Origin: a bacterium
Lineage (GTDB): Bacteria > Krumholzibacteriota > Krumholzibacteriia > LZORAL124-64-63
Assembly (NCBI GenBank): GCA_024231905.1
Contig: JAAEQC010000102.1
Location: forward strand, 80,033-144,032
Length of the DNA stretch: 64,000 nt
Direction of reading: 5' to 3'
The translations under genes were made by a program, and so were the position numbers. The notes beneath the pieces are model-generated. The model worked only from the letters and a program-made list of their open reading frames with translations. It did no database searches and was not told where the DNA came from. Positions 9,809 through 19,739 of this stretch are shown here, in pieces (position 1 is the first letter of the stretch; every line of letters begins with the position of its first letter).

Positions 9809-9857
9809 GGCGCAGATACCGGAATTCCGGTAGGACCTTGCCGTGAGGAGCCACGCC

Positions 9858-10274
9858 ATGATCCACGCCGAGACGATTACCATCCCCAGCCGCGGTTTCA
9901 GCCACGTCCACGACGTCACGCCGCAGGTGCGCCGGATCGCCCGGGCATCGGGCATGGCCGAGGGCCTGGTCAACGTCTTCATGGTGGGTTCCACCGGTTC
10001 GGTGACCACCATCGAGTTCGAGCCCGCCTTGGTCGCGGACATGGAGGAGGCCCTGGAAAAGCTCTGGCCCCGGGACATGCCCACCCGCCACGGCGACACC
10101 TGGGGCGACGATAACGGTTTTTCCCATTTGCGGGCCTCGTTCCTGGGACCCAACATTACGGTACCCCTGCACCGGGGCGACCTGGTGCTGGGCACCTGGC
10201 AGCAGATCGTGGCCATCGACCACGACAACGGACCTCGCGACCGGCAGATCTTCGTGCAGGTCGTTGGGGAGTAG
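9858..10274 (+). CDS. YjbQ/UPF0047 family protein (paralog 1)
   Basis: GSTGSVTTIEFEP, H…DDNGFSHLRASFLG, LGTWQQI…DHD. Confidence 0.9.
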   Translation: MIHAETITIPSRGFSHVHDVTPQVRRIARASGMAEGLVNVFMVGSTGSVTTIEFEPALVADMEEALEKLWPRDMPTRHGDTWGDDNGFSHLRASFLGPNITVPLHRGDLVLGTWQQIVAIDHDNGPRDRQIFVQVVGE

Positions 10275-10293
10275 CCGTCACCGGAGGAATACC

Positions 10294-11601
10294 ATGTCCG
10301 GACCCAGCCTTTCCGCCCACTTCGCTTCGCGCCAGCCGTCGGTGATCCGCCTGGCCCAGATCGAGTTTGCCAAGCGCCAGGACGAGGTCGAAGACCTGAA
10401 CGTGGCCATCGGCAACGTCTCTTTGCCCATGCACCCGGCTATGCAGGCGCGCATGCGCACCCTCGGCGACCCGGGCAGTCCCTTCGCTGAGGGAGTCGTG
10501 GGCTACAGCGCCACCGTGGGCCTGGCCGAGACCAACGCCGCCTTCCTGAACATCATCGCCGCCAGCGGTTGCGACACGGCGGGGCTCCACAGCCAGATCA
10601 CCGACGGGGGCAGCCAGGCCATGGAACTGGTGGTCGTGGGTTGCTGCGGTCCCGCCGGCAGCGACGAGAAACCCTTGCTGCTCATCGACGCCGCCTACAC
10701 CAACTACAAGGCGTTCGCCGAGCGCGTGGGCCGCGACACCGCCTCCATCACCCGCACTCTGGGTGACGACGGCCGCTTCAGCCTGCCGGATCGTGCGGAG
10801 ATCGCGTCAACCATCGCCGCCACGAAACCCGGCGCCATGGTCGTCATCCCTTACGACAACCCCACCGGGCAACTCTACGACCGGGCGGCGCTCATCGGAC
10901 TGGCCCAGCTGTGCGTCGAGCACGACCTGTGGCTCATCAGCGACGAGGCCTACCGCGAGCTGTACTACGTGGGCGACGAGGCCGTGAGCGTGTGGTCGCT
11001 CACCGAGGAAGAAGTGCCGGGCATCACCGGCCGCCGCATCAGCATCGAGACCTCCAGCAAGGTGTGGAATGCCTGCGGCCTGAGGATCGGCGGCCTGGTC
11101 ACGGACAGCCCCGAGTTCCACGCCCGGGCCGTGGCGGAGAACACGGCCGGGCTGTGTTCCAATGTCATCGGGCAATACATCTTCGGCGGGTTGGCCGGCG
11201 AGTCCCACGCGGACCTGCAACGGTGGTTCGCCGACCAGCGGGCCTACTACGGCGGCATGCTCGAGGACTTCACGCGCCGCACGCGCGACCTGCTGCCGGG
11301 CGTCATCGTCTCCAGCCCCGATGCCTCCATCTACTCGGTGGTGGACTTCCGGAACGCGGCGCCGGCGGACTTCGACGCCCTGGATTTCGTACTCTTCTGT
11401 TCACGGGAGGGTTCGGTGGAGGTGGATGGCCGTTTGCGGACGTTGCTGGCCGCGCCCATGGCTGGTTTCTACAGCGTCCCCGCGGGCGAACCCAACCCCG
11501 GACGGACCCAGTTGCGCATCGCCTACGTGGCGCCCCCGGCGGAGATGGCCCTGGTGCCGGACCTGCTGGCGGGGCTCCTGGAGACGTACCTGGCCCGCTG
11601 A
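10294..11601 (+). CDS. PLP-dependent aminotransferase, class I/II
   Basis: GGSQA, PYDNPTG, SDEAY, PLP-lysine motif SSKVWNACGLRIG, RIAY. Confidence 0.9.
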   Translation: MSGPSLSAHFASRQPSVIRLAQIEFAKRQDEVEDLNVAIGNVSLPMHPAMQARMRTLGDPGSPFAEGVVGYSATVGLAETNAAFLNIIAASGCDTAGLHSQITDGGSQAMELVVVGCCGPAGSDEKPLLLIDAAYTNYKAFAERVGRDTASITRTLGDDGRFSLPDRAEIASTIAATKPGAMVVIPYDNPTGQLYDRAALIGLAQLCVEHDLWLISDEAYRELYYVGDEAVSVWSLTEEEVPGITGRRISIETSSKVWNACGLRIGGLVTDSPEFHARAVAENTAGLCSNVIGQYIFGGLAGESHADLQRWFADQRAYYGGMLEDFTRRTRDLLPGVIVSSPDASIYSVVDFRNAAPADFDALDFVLFCSREGSVEVDGRLRTLLAAPMAGFYSVPAGEPNPGRTQLRIAYVAPPAEMALVPDLLAGLLETYLAR

Positions 11602-11617
11602 ACCGGCGACGCGACGA

Positions 11618-11651
11618 GAAGGCCCCCCGGACCGCGATCCGGGGGGCCTTC
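11618..11651. terminator. Bidirectional terminator between convergent genes
   Basis: Perfect 14-bp stem GAAGGCCCCCCGGA/TCCGGGGGGCCTTC. Confidence 0.7.
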
Positions 11652-11670
11652 GTACGTCATGCTGGATCGG

Positions 11671-12156
11671 TCAGAAAGCGTAGCCGAAGGCCGCGCCGCC
11701 CATGGGCTGGAAGCCGTCCTTGGTCACCGCCGGGGTGAAGGCCAGCCGGTAGGTGAAGCCGTAGTGCCCGAGGAAGCGGTAGCCGAAGGTGCCCGTGCCC
11801 ACCACCTGGTTCTCGGCCACGTCCAGGTAGGTGTCGTCCGTGGACGTGTCGTCGATGTTCACGTAGGCGCCGCCGATGCCGAATTCCAGGAAGTTGCGGT
11901 CGTCGACGGCCATGAGGTAGCTCATGCCGAAGGGCGTGACCAGGCCCTGCCGGAACACGGCGCCCGTGCCGCCGATGCCCACCCGGATCGTGATCTTCTC
12001 GGCCAGGATCTTCTCGAAGTTCACCGACAGTTCGCCGCCGTGCCCGAAGAACTCGGCGTAGATGCTGGTCTCCTTGTCGTAGAAACTCTGGGCGGAGGCG
12101 GTGCCGTTGCCCGCCAGCAGCAGGAGCACGGCGCCGACGATCAGGACGTTCTTCAT
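11671..12156 (-). CDS. Small outer-membrane beta-barrel protein
   Basis: Signal peptide ending ASA, alternating amphipathic strands, C-terminal GYAF. Confidence 0.7.
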   Translation of the reverse strand: MKNVLIVGAVLLLLAGNGTASAQSFYDKETSIYAEFFGHGGELSVNFEKILAEKITIRVGIGGTGAVFRQGLVTPFGMSYLMAVDDRNFLEFGIGGAYVNIDDTSTDDTYLDVAENQVVGTGTFGYRFLGHYGFTYRLAFTPAVTKDGFQPMGGAAFGYAF

Positions 12157-12839
12157 GTGTCATCTCCCATGGTCAGGGCGGCGCGCTCGAAATCCGAGGC
12201 GGCCGCCAGGGTGAGCGGTTCGTCCAAGAGGTCGGCGGCGACTTCCGGACCGAAGGTCAGGGTCTCGAGGCCGGCGGCGGCCAGGTCGACCACCACGGCG
12301 GCCGAACGCAGGCTGGCCGCCAGCAGGCGCAGGCGTGAACCCGTGTTCCGCAGCAGGCGCTGCATCTCCAACAGGATGGCGCGACCGTCGCGGCCGGCGT
12401 CGTCCAGGCGGCCCAGGTAGGGGGCGGCGTAGGCTGCGCCCAGGCCGGCGGCGGCCAGCACCTGGGCCGGAGCGTAGACGGCGGTCATGGTCACGGTAGC
12501 TCCCGAGGCCACCAGTTCGCCGGCAGCCAGGAAGCCCTCGCCGGTGGCGGGCACTTTCACGGCGACGGCGAGCCCGGCGTCGATGGCGGCGAGCCGGGCA
12601 CCCCGGTCGGCCATCTCCACGGCGTCTTCGCCCCAGGTCTGCAGGTGGATCTCCATGGCGCCCAGGGCCGCGGCCTGGGCGGCCAGATCCGCCAGGTTGC
12701 CGACGGTGCACCGCTGGCCGGATCGTTCCAGCAGGAGCGGATTCGTGGTCACGCCGTGGTAGATGCCCGTGGGCAGATACTCGGCCCAGGCGTCCGGGTC
12801 CGCGCTGTCGAGATAGAGTCTGGGGCCCGCCCCGTTCAT
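12153..12839 (-). CDS. Transaldolase/fructose-6-phosphate aldolase family protein
   Basis: LYLDSAD, GVTTNP, Schiff-base VKVPAT, YAAPYLGR, LAASLR. Confidence 0.88.
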   Translation of the reverse strand: MNGAGPRLYLDSADPDAWAEYLPTGIYHGVTTNPLLLERSGQRCTVGNLADLAAQAAALGAMEIHLQTWGEDAVEMADRGARLAAIDAGLAVAVKVPATGEGFLAAGELVASGATVTMTAVYAPAQVLAAAGLGAAYAAPYLGRLDDAGRDGRAILLEMQRLLRNTGSRLRLLAASLRSAAVVVDLAAAGLETLTFGPEVAADLLDEPLTLAAASDFERAALTMGDDT

Positions 12840-13564
12840 GCCGTTGCTCCCTGGTCGTCGTCTCCGAAGAGGTCGAGTTGGTCGCCCGTGTCGTCGTCGA
12901 CCGCCTCGAGGCAGTCCGGTTCGTCGCAGGACGGGCTGTTCACGCGGCGGCTCACCGGGTGGGCGAGCAGAAGGTCCGCGGGTGCCGGTTTCAACAGACC
13001 GGCCACCTGGTCGAGACTAGCGTCCGGCAGGTCGCACCACAATCGCCAATCCGCCGCCGGCAGGATCACCGGCATACGGTGATGGATCGGACGCATGACC
13101 TCGTTGGCCGCGGTGGTGACGATGGCGCAGGTCTCCACCTCCCGGCCGTCCGGACCCCGCCAGGTCTCCCAGAGGCCGGCCAGGGCGAAGAGGTCCGCGT
13201 CGGGCCGACGGAAGAGGTAGGGACGACGGGGCCCCGGGCCCGGTCGCCACTCGTAGAATCCGTTCACGGGAATGAGACAGCGTCGGCGGGCGAAGGCCTC
13301 TCGGAAGGCGGGCTTCTCACGCACGGTCTCGCCCCGGGCGTTGATGAGCTGGCGACCCGCTTTGGGTCCCTCGCTCCAGGGTGGGACCAGGCCCCAACGC
13401 ATGGCCCGCAGGATGCGGTGTTCGGCCCGCGGGTCGGCCGCCACCACGGCGATGTCCGTGCCCGGGGCGATGTTGTAGCGCGGCAGGAGATCCGGCTCCA
13501 GGTCCAGGTAGAAACGCTCGGCCAGGACATGGGGAGCGGAGGTCAGGTTGATGCGGCCGCACAT
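12836..13564 (-). CDS. SOS response-associated peptidase (SRAP/YedK/HMCES family)
   Basis: N-terminal MCGR, RYNIAP, WGLVP, INARGET, GFYEW, IHHRMPVIL, VNS. Confidence 0.93.
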   Translation of the reverse strand: MCGRINLTSAPHVLAERFYLDLEPDLLPRYNIAPGTDIAVVAADPRAEHRILRAMRWGLVPPWSEGPKAGRQLINARGETVREKPAFREAFARRRCLIPVNGFYEWRPGPGPRRPYLFRRPDADLFALAGLWETWRGPDGREVETCAIVTTAANEVMRPIHHRMPVILPAADWRLWCDLPDASLDQVAGLLKPAPADLLLAHPVSRRVNSPSCDEPDCLEAVDDDTGDQLDLFGDDDQGATA

Positions 13565-13650
13565 GGGGATCCCTTCCGGTCCGCGGCGCGTCCGCGGGCC
13601 GATGGGATGATAGGGCAGGTGGTCGGGTTCGGCCAGATGCCGGAGTCGGA

Positions 13651-15003
13651 TCAGGCGCCGAGCAGGAGCTTGGCCACGGCCGGAGCTTCCTCCTCGGCCA
13701 GGTCCACTGCGAGCATGGCGTCCTGGCCCAGGAGGGCGCCGTCCTCGTCGTGGGTGATCTTCACCCGGGGCCGCTCGATGTCGTCGCCCGCGGCCATGAT
13801 GATGCCCGCGGTGCCGTCCGAGAGAACGACTTTCTGGCCCGGCGGGTAGAGTCCGACCGCCTTGACGAGGGCGTGCATGGCGGCGGGGGAGTAGGCGTCC
13901 CGATCCTTGAGCATGATCTCGTAGGCGTGCCGCGGGGTCATGGCCCGCTTGTAGGGACGGATGGCGGTCAAGGCCTCGAAGACATCGCACGTGTGGACGA
14001 GCTGGGTGAGTTCGCTGGTGCGATCACCGTGGGGCATCTTCGGGTAGCCGCCGCCGTCGTAGCGGCGGTGGTGGCCCCAGGCGATGGCCACGGCCAGGGG
14101 CGTGGCGTCGTTGCTGTCCAGCAGCATACGGGCGCCTTCTTCCGGGTGCGTCTCGATGATCAGGCGCTCTTCGGCGTCGAGCCGGCCGGGCTTGAAGAGG
14201 ACTTCCTGGGGGATCTTGCCCTTGCCTACGTCGTGCAGCAGGCCGGCGGCGCCCAGTTCGCAGAGCAGGTTCTCCTCGAGTCCCGCGGCGCGTCCGACCA
14301 GGATGGACAGCATGGCCACCCGCACCGAATGGCCCACGGTGTAGGTGTCGCAGTCCGGGTAGTTGACCAGGTTCATGATGTCGGTGCTGCCGGTGCGGCT
14401 GACCTTCACCAGGGACTCGCCCACCGAGCGCGCCTCGTCGATCTGCAGGTCGCGGCTCATGGCCGCGTGCATGTGGGCGTGCTCCACGGTGGAGAACATG
14501 GCCTGGTAGACCGCGAGCAGGGTCTCGATGTCGCTGTGGGTCTCGTCGGCCAGGTCGATGCTCTCCTGGCTCGTGCCGTAGTTGCGGTAGGGCGGCGAGA
14601 GATTGATCAGGCCGATGCCGTTGGCGGCCAGGAGTTGCCGACTGGCCTCGAGCCCCCCGGGCGCCTCCTCGGTCTCGGCGGCCAGGGTGAAGAAGCGGAC
14701 CAGCTCCGAAGCCTCGATGCGGGCGTCGATCTCGTAGCCGCCGGCCTCCAGCAGTTCCGCGAAGGACGTGAGCTGCCGGCCCACCACCGTGGAACCCACC
14801 AGGTACCGTCCGTCGTGGACCAGCTTGCCTTCCACCACGCCCAGCAGGAAGGAGGAAACCTCTTCCTCGGCCAGCAGGCGCCCCAGCAGGTCGACGAATT
14901 CCGTGGCGCACTGCTTGACGTTGGGGTGGCCGTCGAAGTACATGCGTCGTTGGCTGATACCGCGGGCCAGGAGCGTGGCCAGATCCGCGTAGTTGCCTGC
15001 CAT
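13651..15003 (-). CDS. HD-GYP domain cyclic dinucleotide phosphodiesterase with uncharacterised N-terminal domain
   Basis: DTYTVGHS, LLHDVGK, HPEEG, HH-RRYDGGGYP, DVFEALTAIRPY. Start overlaps the stop of the upstream gene. Confidence 0.9.
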   Translation of the reverse strand: MAGNYADLATLLARGISQRRMYFDGHPNVKQCATEFVDLLGRLLAEEEVSSFLLGVVEGKLVHDGRYLVGSTVVGRQLTSFAELLEAGGYEIDARIEASELVRFFTLAAETEEAPGGLEASRQLLAANGIGLINLSPPYRNYGTSQESIDLADETHSDIETLLAVYQAMFSTVEHAHMHAAMSRDLQIDEARSVGESLVKVSRTGSTDIMNLVNYPDCDTYTVGHSVRVAMLSILVGRAAGLEENLLCELGAAGLLHDVGKGKIPQEVLFKPGRLDAEERLIIETHPEEGARMLLDSNDATPLAVAIAWGHHRRYDGGGYPKMPHGDRTSELTQLVHTCDVFEALTAIRPYKRAMTPRHAYEIMLKDRDAYSPAAMHALVKAVGLYPPGQKVVLSDGTAGIIMAAGDDIERPRVKITHDEDGALLGQDAMLAVDLAEEEAPAVAKLLLGA

Positions 15004-16928
15004 CAGTCGTCTTCCTTCCTCTCGCGCATGGCTACCGCCGCGGTGGCCAGGGCTCGGGACGCTGCCTCGCGGGCTTCCTGGGGCCAGGCCTTGAACAGGA
15101 GCATCCGGCGTTCGTCCGAGATGCGTTCCAACAGCCGCCGACCCGAGGCTGGGCAGTGGCGTCCAATGATGTCCAGGACCTCCGTCAGCCAGGGTTCCGA
15201 CCGCTCGGTCGCCTTGAGTCCGGACACCCGGCGCCGCAGTTCGTCGAGCACTTCGGAAGCCGGCGCCGCGTTGTGATCGCTCGACGCCTTCAACCACTCG
15301 GCGTAGGCCTTGCGTTGTTTGCCGCGGAAGGGACCGAGGGCGGCGGCGATGGTGCGCATCTGTCGGTCGGGGCCTCCGCGCACCAGGCCGTCCTGCAGCC
15401 AGCCGCCGAAGACCTTGCCACGGGACGTCAGCAGCAGGACCGAGTACACGGGAAAATAGCGACGCTCGGGACGGCTGCAGAAATCGAAGCCGCTGCGCAC
15501 TTCGCCGAAGATGGCCAGGCGCTCCAGGCGCCGGCCGATGTCTGGATCCTCCAGGGCGCTGGGGCTCGTCACGAGGGTTTGCATGAGGCGCAGGTCGTCG
15601 CGCCCTTCGACAGTGTCGGCCAGGAATTCGCCGACCAGGTGCGGCCAGACCGCCGCGTGCAGGCCGGGGCGGTTTTCGCTGCAGACGCGCCCCCAGAAGG
15701 AGATGACGGCCCTTATGCCCCGTTCGCGGATCACCGAAGCGATGCGCTCGATCACCGGGTCGACCGCCGCCAGGTCGTCCGCTTCCAGCAGGGAGCCTAC
15801 CGCCTCGTGGAGTTCGGTGTCGTATTCGGGTTCCGGGTGGCCGGCCACGATGCGCGTGACCTCGGCCAAGGCCCGCGTGCGGCCGAAGGCATCCCCGCCC
15901 TTGCTCAGGAAATTCAGGTAGATGAAGAGATCTTCCGTGTCGGCGCGCGATTCGAAGCACTGGTCGCCGGCCTCGAACGAGGAAAGCTCATGGCGCAGTT
16001 CCTCCAGGGGCAGGTCGTATTCGGAATCGTCGGTAAGACAGCGGGGATCGACCTCGGCGTCCCCCTCCTCGAAGTCCGCCCCGGCGTGGGAGCCGAGGGC
16101 CTTGAGCAGGACCTGGGCCGCTGCGCGGTCGATACCGGCCTCCATGTCGTCGGCCGCTTCGCGGATCGCTTCGGCCAGGCGCGAGAGATCTCCGTCCTGG
16201 TCGAGCATGCGCCGCAAGGCGCCACCCACCGAACGGGCCCCCTCGGCCAACCGGTGATCCTTGTCCGCGTCCTGGGGACGGGTGGCGGGATCCGTGTCCG
16301 GCGCGACGATGTCGGTGCTGCGGGCCATGAGCACGGTGAAGAGTTCCTGCAGGGTCTCGCGGCAGTCCTGGAGAACGTTTTCGTGGGTGCCCCGGGAAGA
16401 GAGCTCGTCGAGGATGGCGTCCACGGCCTCGCCGATGCTGGCCGCGCCGGCCTCGGCCCACTGCTTGGCGAAGACCTTGGGCACCACCTGCACCGTGTCG
16501 GGCAGGTGCGCGAAGTCCGCCTCGGCCAGATGACCCGTGTCGTCGGCCTCCCGCCGATGGCCCAGGAGGGAGGTGGACAGGTCGTGGAGGGCCGCTTCGG
16601 TGGCCTGGGGGTGGATCGTGATCCGGTGCAGCCCCAGTTTCTCCATGAGGCTCGCCACGCGTTCCACGCCGCGGGATGCAGCGTCGAGCAGGACCGGTCC
16701 GATCCGCAACTGATCGCCGGCTTCGATGATGACGAAGGCCTCGCGATCAGCAGTCAGGGCCGCGCGGAAATTGTCGGAAGCAGCGGTGAAGTTGACATGC
16801 CCGGGCGGATAGAGCGCGCCACTGGTCAGCAGCTTGTCCAGCAGCATCATCATCTCGGACGCGGGCGGGGCGTCCATCAGGCCGGTGGCTTGACCGGTCT
16901 GGTTCGGCGTGTCGAAAGCTGGGGACAT
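15003..16928 (-). CDS. Hypothetical helical protein translationally coupled to HD-GYP gene
   Basis: Long ORF with RBS GAGGAGGG. N-terminal LYPPGH motif and HEAT-like C-terminus. Confidence 0.75.
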   Translation of the reverse strand: MSPAFDTPNQTGQATGLMDAPPASEMMMLLDKLLTSGALYPPGHVNFTAASDNFRAALTADREAFVIIEAGDQLRIGPVLLDAASRGVERVASLMEKLGLHRITIHPQATEAALHDLSTSLLGHRREADDTGHLAEADFAHLPDTVQVVPKVFAKQWAEAGAASIGEAVDAILDELSSRGTHENVLQDCRETLQELFTVLMARSTDIVAPDTDPATRPQDADKDHRLAEGARSVGGALRRMLDQDGDLSRLAEAIREAADDMEAGIDRAAAQVLLKALGSHAGADFEEGDAEVDPRCLTDDSEYDLPLEELRHELSSFEAGDQCFESRADTEDLFIYLNFLSKGGDAFGRTRALAEVTRIVAGHPEPEYDTELHEAVGSLLEADDLAAVDPVIERIASVIRERGIRAVISFWGRVCSENRPGLHAAVWPHLVGEFLADTVEGRDDLRLMQTLVTSPSALEDPDIGRRLERLAIFGEVRSGFDFCSRPERRYFPVYSVLLLTSRGKVFGGWLQDGLVRGGPDRQMRTIAAALGPFRGKQRKAYAEWLKASSDHNAAPASEVLDELRRRVSGLKATERSEPWLTEVLDIIGRHCPASGRRLLERISDERRMLLFKAWPQEAREAASRALATAAVAMRERKEDD

Positions 16929-16996
16929 GGTGGCGAATTCCCTCCTCGTATGCACCGCGGGCCGTAGCCACGGTCCGGCGGAGTCCTCCAGCTATG

Positions 16997-17024
16997 TGAT
17001 CGGCGTTGATCTGGACGACCTTGA
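16997..17024 (-). promoter_or_regulatory. sigma28 (FliA/WhiG)-like promoter
   Basis: Minus strand TCAAG-N15-GCCGATCA about 70 nt upstream of the 16928 start. Confidence 0.5.
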
Positions 17025-17147
17025 GGGGGAAATGGTGTTGCCAGAAGCTCCGTATTCGGCTCCTGGCGGGTCTTTGGGCCCAGGCGGACACTGCTTCCGG
17101 TGGCCCCCCGGGTTCCCGCGGGCGCCGATCCGTGGTATCAACGTGCC

Positions 17148-18317
17148 ATGGAAGAACCGCGCGCGATCCTCCACGTGGATATGGACGCCTTCTACGCCTC
17201 GGTCGAGGTGCTGGACGACCCGTCCCTGCGCGGTCTGCCGGTGATCGTGGGGGGGACGCCCGAGGGCCGGGGCGTGGTGTCGGCCGCCAGCTACGAGGCC
17301 CGGCGCTACGGGGTGCACAGCGCCATGAGCGCCGCCCGGGCGCGGCAACTGTGCCCGGACGGGGTCTTCCTGCGGGGCCGCATGGAGCGTTACGCGGAGA
17401 TCTCGGCGGCCATCTTCGACGTCATGCGGGACTTCACGCCCCTGGTGGAACCCCTGTCCATCGATGAGGCCTTCCTGGATGTGACCGGTTGCCGGCGGCT
17501 CTTCGGTCCCCCGGAACGGCTGGGCCGCGCCGTCAAGGACCGCATCGCCGCCGACCTGGGCCTGACCGCTTCTGTGGGCCTGGCCCCCAACAAGTTCCTG
17601 GCCAAGCTCGCCTCGGATCTGGACAAGCCCGACGGTTTCGTGGTGGTTCCGCGGGACGACGTGGCGGGCTTCCTGGCGCCCCTGGAGGTGACCCGTCTCT
17701 GGGGTGTGGGGCCGGCGACCGCCAAGTTGTTGGCGGACATGGGGATCCATAAGGTGGCGGACCTGCTGGCCCATCCCCGGGGGGCCCTGGTGGACCGCTG
17801 GGGCGACCACGCCCGCAAGCTGCTGGAACTGGCCGTGGGCCGGGACGAACGGCCGGTCATCCCGGACCACGAGGCCAAGTCCATCGGCAACGAGACCACC
17901 TTCGCCGTGGACGTGGCGGACCAGGAGCACCTGGAGGAGATCCTCGACCACCTGGCCGACAAGGTGGCCCGCCGCCTGCGGCGCCACGGCCTGAGCGCCC
18001 GTACGGTCACCCTCAAGGCGCGCTACACGGACTTCGAGACCCACACCCGCTCAGCCACACTGCCCGAGGCCACCGAACGCACGGTGGTGATTCGCGACGC
18101 GGCCCGGGACCTCCTGCGCCGGCGCCTGGGCCGTCGGGGCCGTCCCCTGCGCCTGGTGGGGGTGATGACCTCCAATCTCACCGGTGGTACTCCAGCCCAG
18201 GGCAAACTCTTCGCCGATCCCGAGCAGGAGCATCAGCGCACCCTGGACCAGGTCATGGACCGGGTCCACGAACGTTTCGGCGCCAAACTCCGCCGCGGCC
18301 TGAATCGCGACCGCTGA
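17148..18317 (+). CDS. dinB: DNA polymerase IV (Y-family)
   Basis: ILHVDMDAFYASVE, SYEARRYGV, SIDEAFLD, NKFLAKLAS…KPDG, little-finger KSIGNETTF. Confidence 0.96.
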   Translation: MEEPRAILHVDMDAFYASVEVLDDPSLRGLPVIVGGTPEGRGVVSAASYEARRYGVHSAMSAARARQLCPDGVFLRGRMERYAEISAAIFDVMRDFTPLVEPLSIDEAFLDVTGCRRLFGPPERLGRAVKDRIAADLGLTASVGLAPNKFLAKLASDLDKPDGFVVVPRDDVAGFLAPLEVTRLWGVGPATAKLLADMGIHKVADLLAHPRGALVDRWGDHARKLLELAVGRDERPVIPDHEAKSIGNETTFAVDVADQEHLEEILDHLADKVARRLRRHGLSARTVTLKARYTDFETHTRSATLPEATERTVVIRDAARDLLRRRLGRRGRPLRLVGVMTSNLTGGTPAQGKLFADPEQEHQRTLDQVMDRVHERFGAKLRRGLNRDR

Positions 18318-18347
18318 GTCTCGTCCGTATTTTCCATAGCCGATCGT

Positions 18348-18374
18348 TAAAGGACCGCGTTAGTCCGACGATAA
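18348..18374 (+). promoter_or_regulatory. sigma28 (FliA/WhiG)-like promoter
   Basis: TAAA-N15-GACGATAA, one mismatch to TAAA-N15-GCCGATAA, 66 nt upstream of the HDOD gene. Confidence 0.6.
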
Positions 18375-18440
18375 CGTGAACACGTACATCCGGCTACGCG
18401 ACCGGATTCCAGTCCTGATACGAGCGCCCGGGAGCGAATC

Positions 18441-19658
18441 ATGTCCGTCGACCGAGTCAAGGCCCGCATCATGACCGTCATGCGGAATCTGCCGCCCCTG
18501 CCGGAAGTGACCCGGCAGCTGATGGCGGTCATGGGCAACGAGGACTCTTCCGCGGCCGACGTGGCCAAGGTGCTCTCCGGCGACCAGGCCCTGGCCGGCA
18601 AGGTGCTCAAGATCGCCAACTCCTCCTTCTACGGCGTGCCCAACGAGGTGACGACCATCAGCCGCGCCGTGGTGATCATGGGCTTCACCGGCGTGCGCAA
18701 CATGGCCCTGGGCCTGGGCACCACCTCCGCCCTGCGCGAGATGAGCAGCAAGCTCGACATGAATTCCTTCTGGAGCCACGCCATGGCCAACGCGGCGGCG
18801 GCTCAGGTCCTGGCCCCGCATATGCAGCGCCGCATGGACCCGGAGGAGGCCTTCCTGGCCGGGCTCATGCACGACATCGGCGCCTACGTGCTGGCCGCCG
18901 CCGTGCCCGACGCCTATGCCGAGGCCCATGTGGGCGAGGAAGGCAGCATCCTGGAGCGCGAGCGCAACCACGTGGGCTTCACCCACACCCAGATCGGCCA
19001 GGGACTGCTGCAGTTCTGGCAACTGCCCGACCCCTTCGGCGAGGCGGCTCGTTTCCACCACGACGCGGACAAGGCATCCAGCGGCGACCAGCCCCTGACG
19101 AATCTCGTGGCCTTGGCCGACATCCTGGCCTGCATCCACGACGGCAGCTTCGAGGCTCCCGCCGGCGAGTCCGACCTGGGCCGTTTGATGATGGCTGCCG
19201 GCATCAGCACCGACAACATGATGGCCGCCATCGCCGGCATGAGCGCCAAGATCGACGACATGCAGGAGTTCATGCACATTGCGGGCGCCGCCGGCGCTAG
19301 CAAGGTCGAGAGCGCCGAGTTCGGCGCCGGATGCGTCGTCGTCACCACCGATGAGCAACGCCGCCAGTGGACCGAGGGGGTCCTCAAGTCCTTCGGTTAC
19401 GAACTCTGTCCCATGGATTCCTACTTCAACGGCGGTGCCGGCAGCGAAGGCGTGCGCCTGGCCATGGTCGACCCCCAGACCCTCACCCGCGAACAGACCG
19501 CGCGCCTGATGCCCTTCCTGTCCTCCCAGCCGGTCCAGGTGTGCGTCATGACGGATTCGGAAACGCCGCCGCCCCAGCACCTGGCCGAATATTCCCACCT
19601 GAATTTCATCTTCACGCGCCGCCAGCTCAACGCCTTGCTGGAGGAGACCTTCGTCTAG
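18441..19658 (+). CDS. HDOD domain protein with degenerate receiver-like C-terminal domain
   Basis: LPPLP, DQALAGKVLKIANSSFYG, ISRAVVIMG, FWSHA, AGLMHDIG, HTQIG…W-LP…HH. Confidence 0.9.
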   Translation: MSVDRVKARIMTVMRNLPPLPEVTRQLMAVMGNEDSSAADVAKVLSGDQALAGKVLKIANSSFYGVPNEVTTISRAVVIMGFTGVRNMALGLGTTSALREMSSKLDMNSFWSHAMANAAAAQVLAPHMQRRMDPEEAFLAGLMHDIGAYVLAAAVPDAYAEAHVGEEGSILERERNHVGFTHTQIGQGLLQFWQLPDPFGEAARFHHDADKASSGDQPLTNLVALADILACIHDGSFEAPAGESDLGRLMMAAGISTDNMMAAIAGMSAKIDDMQEFMHIAGAAGASKVESAEFGAGCVVVTTDEQRRQWTEGVLKSFGYELCPMDSYFNGGAGSEGVRLAMVDPQTLTREQTARLMPFLSSQPVQVCVMTDSETPPPQHLAEYSHLNFIFTRRQLNALLEETFV

Positions 19659-19739
19659 CCCCGACCGCGGGTCCGTGTCGATCTCGCCTTGATCGGGAGG
19701 GATCCGTTTGCCATGCTCCGGTTCCGAAAGGAGCCTGAC

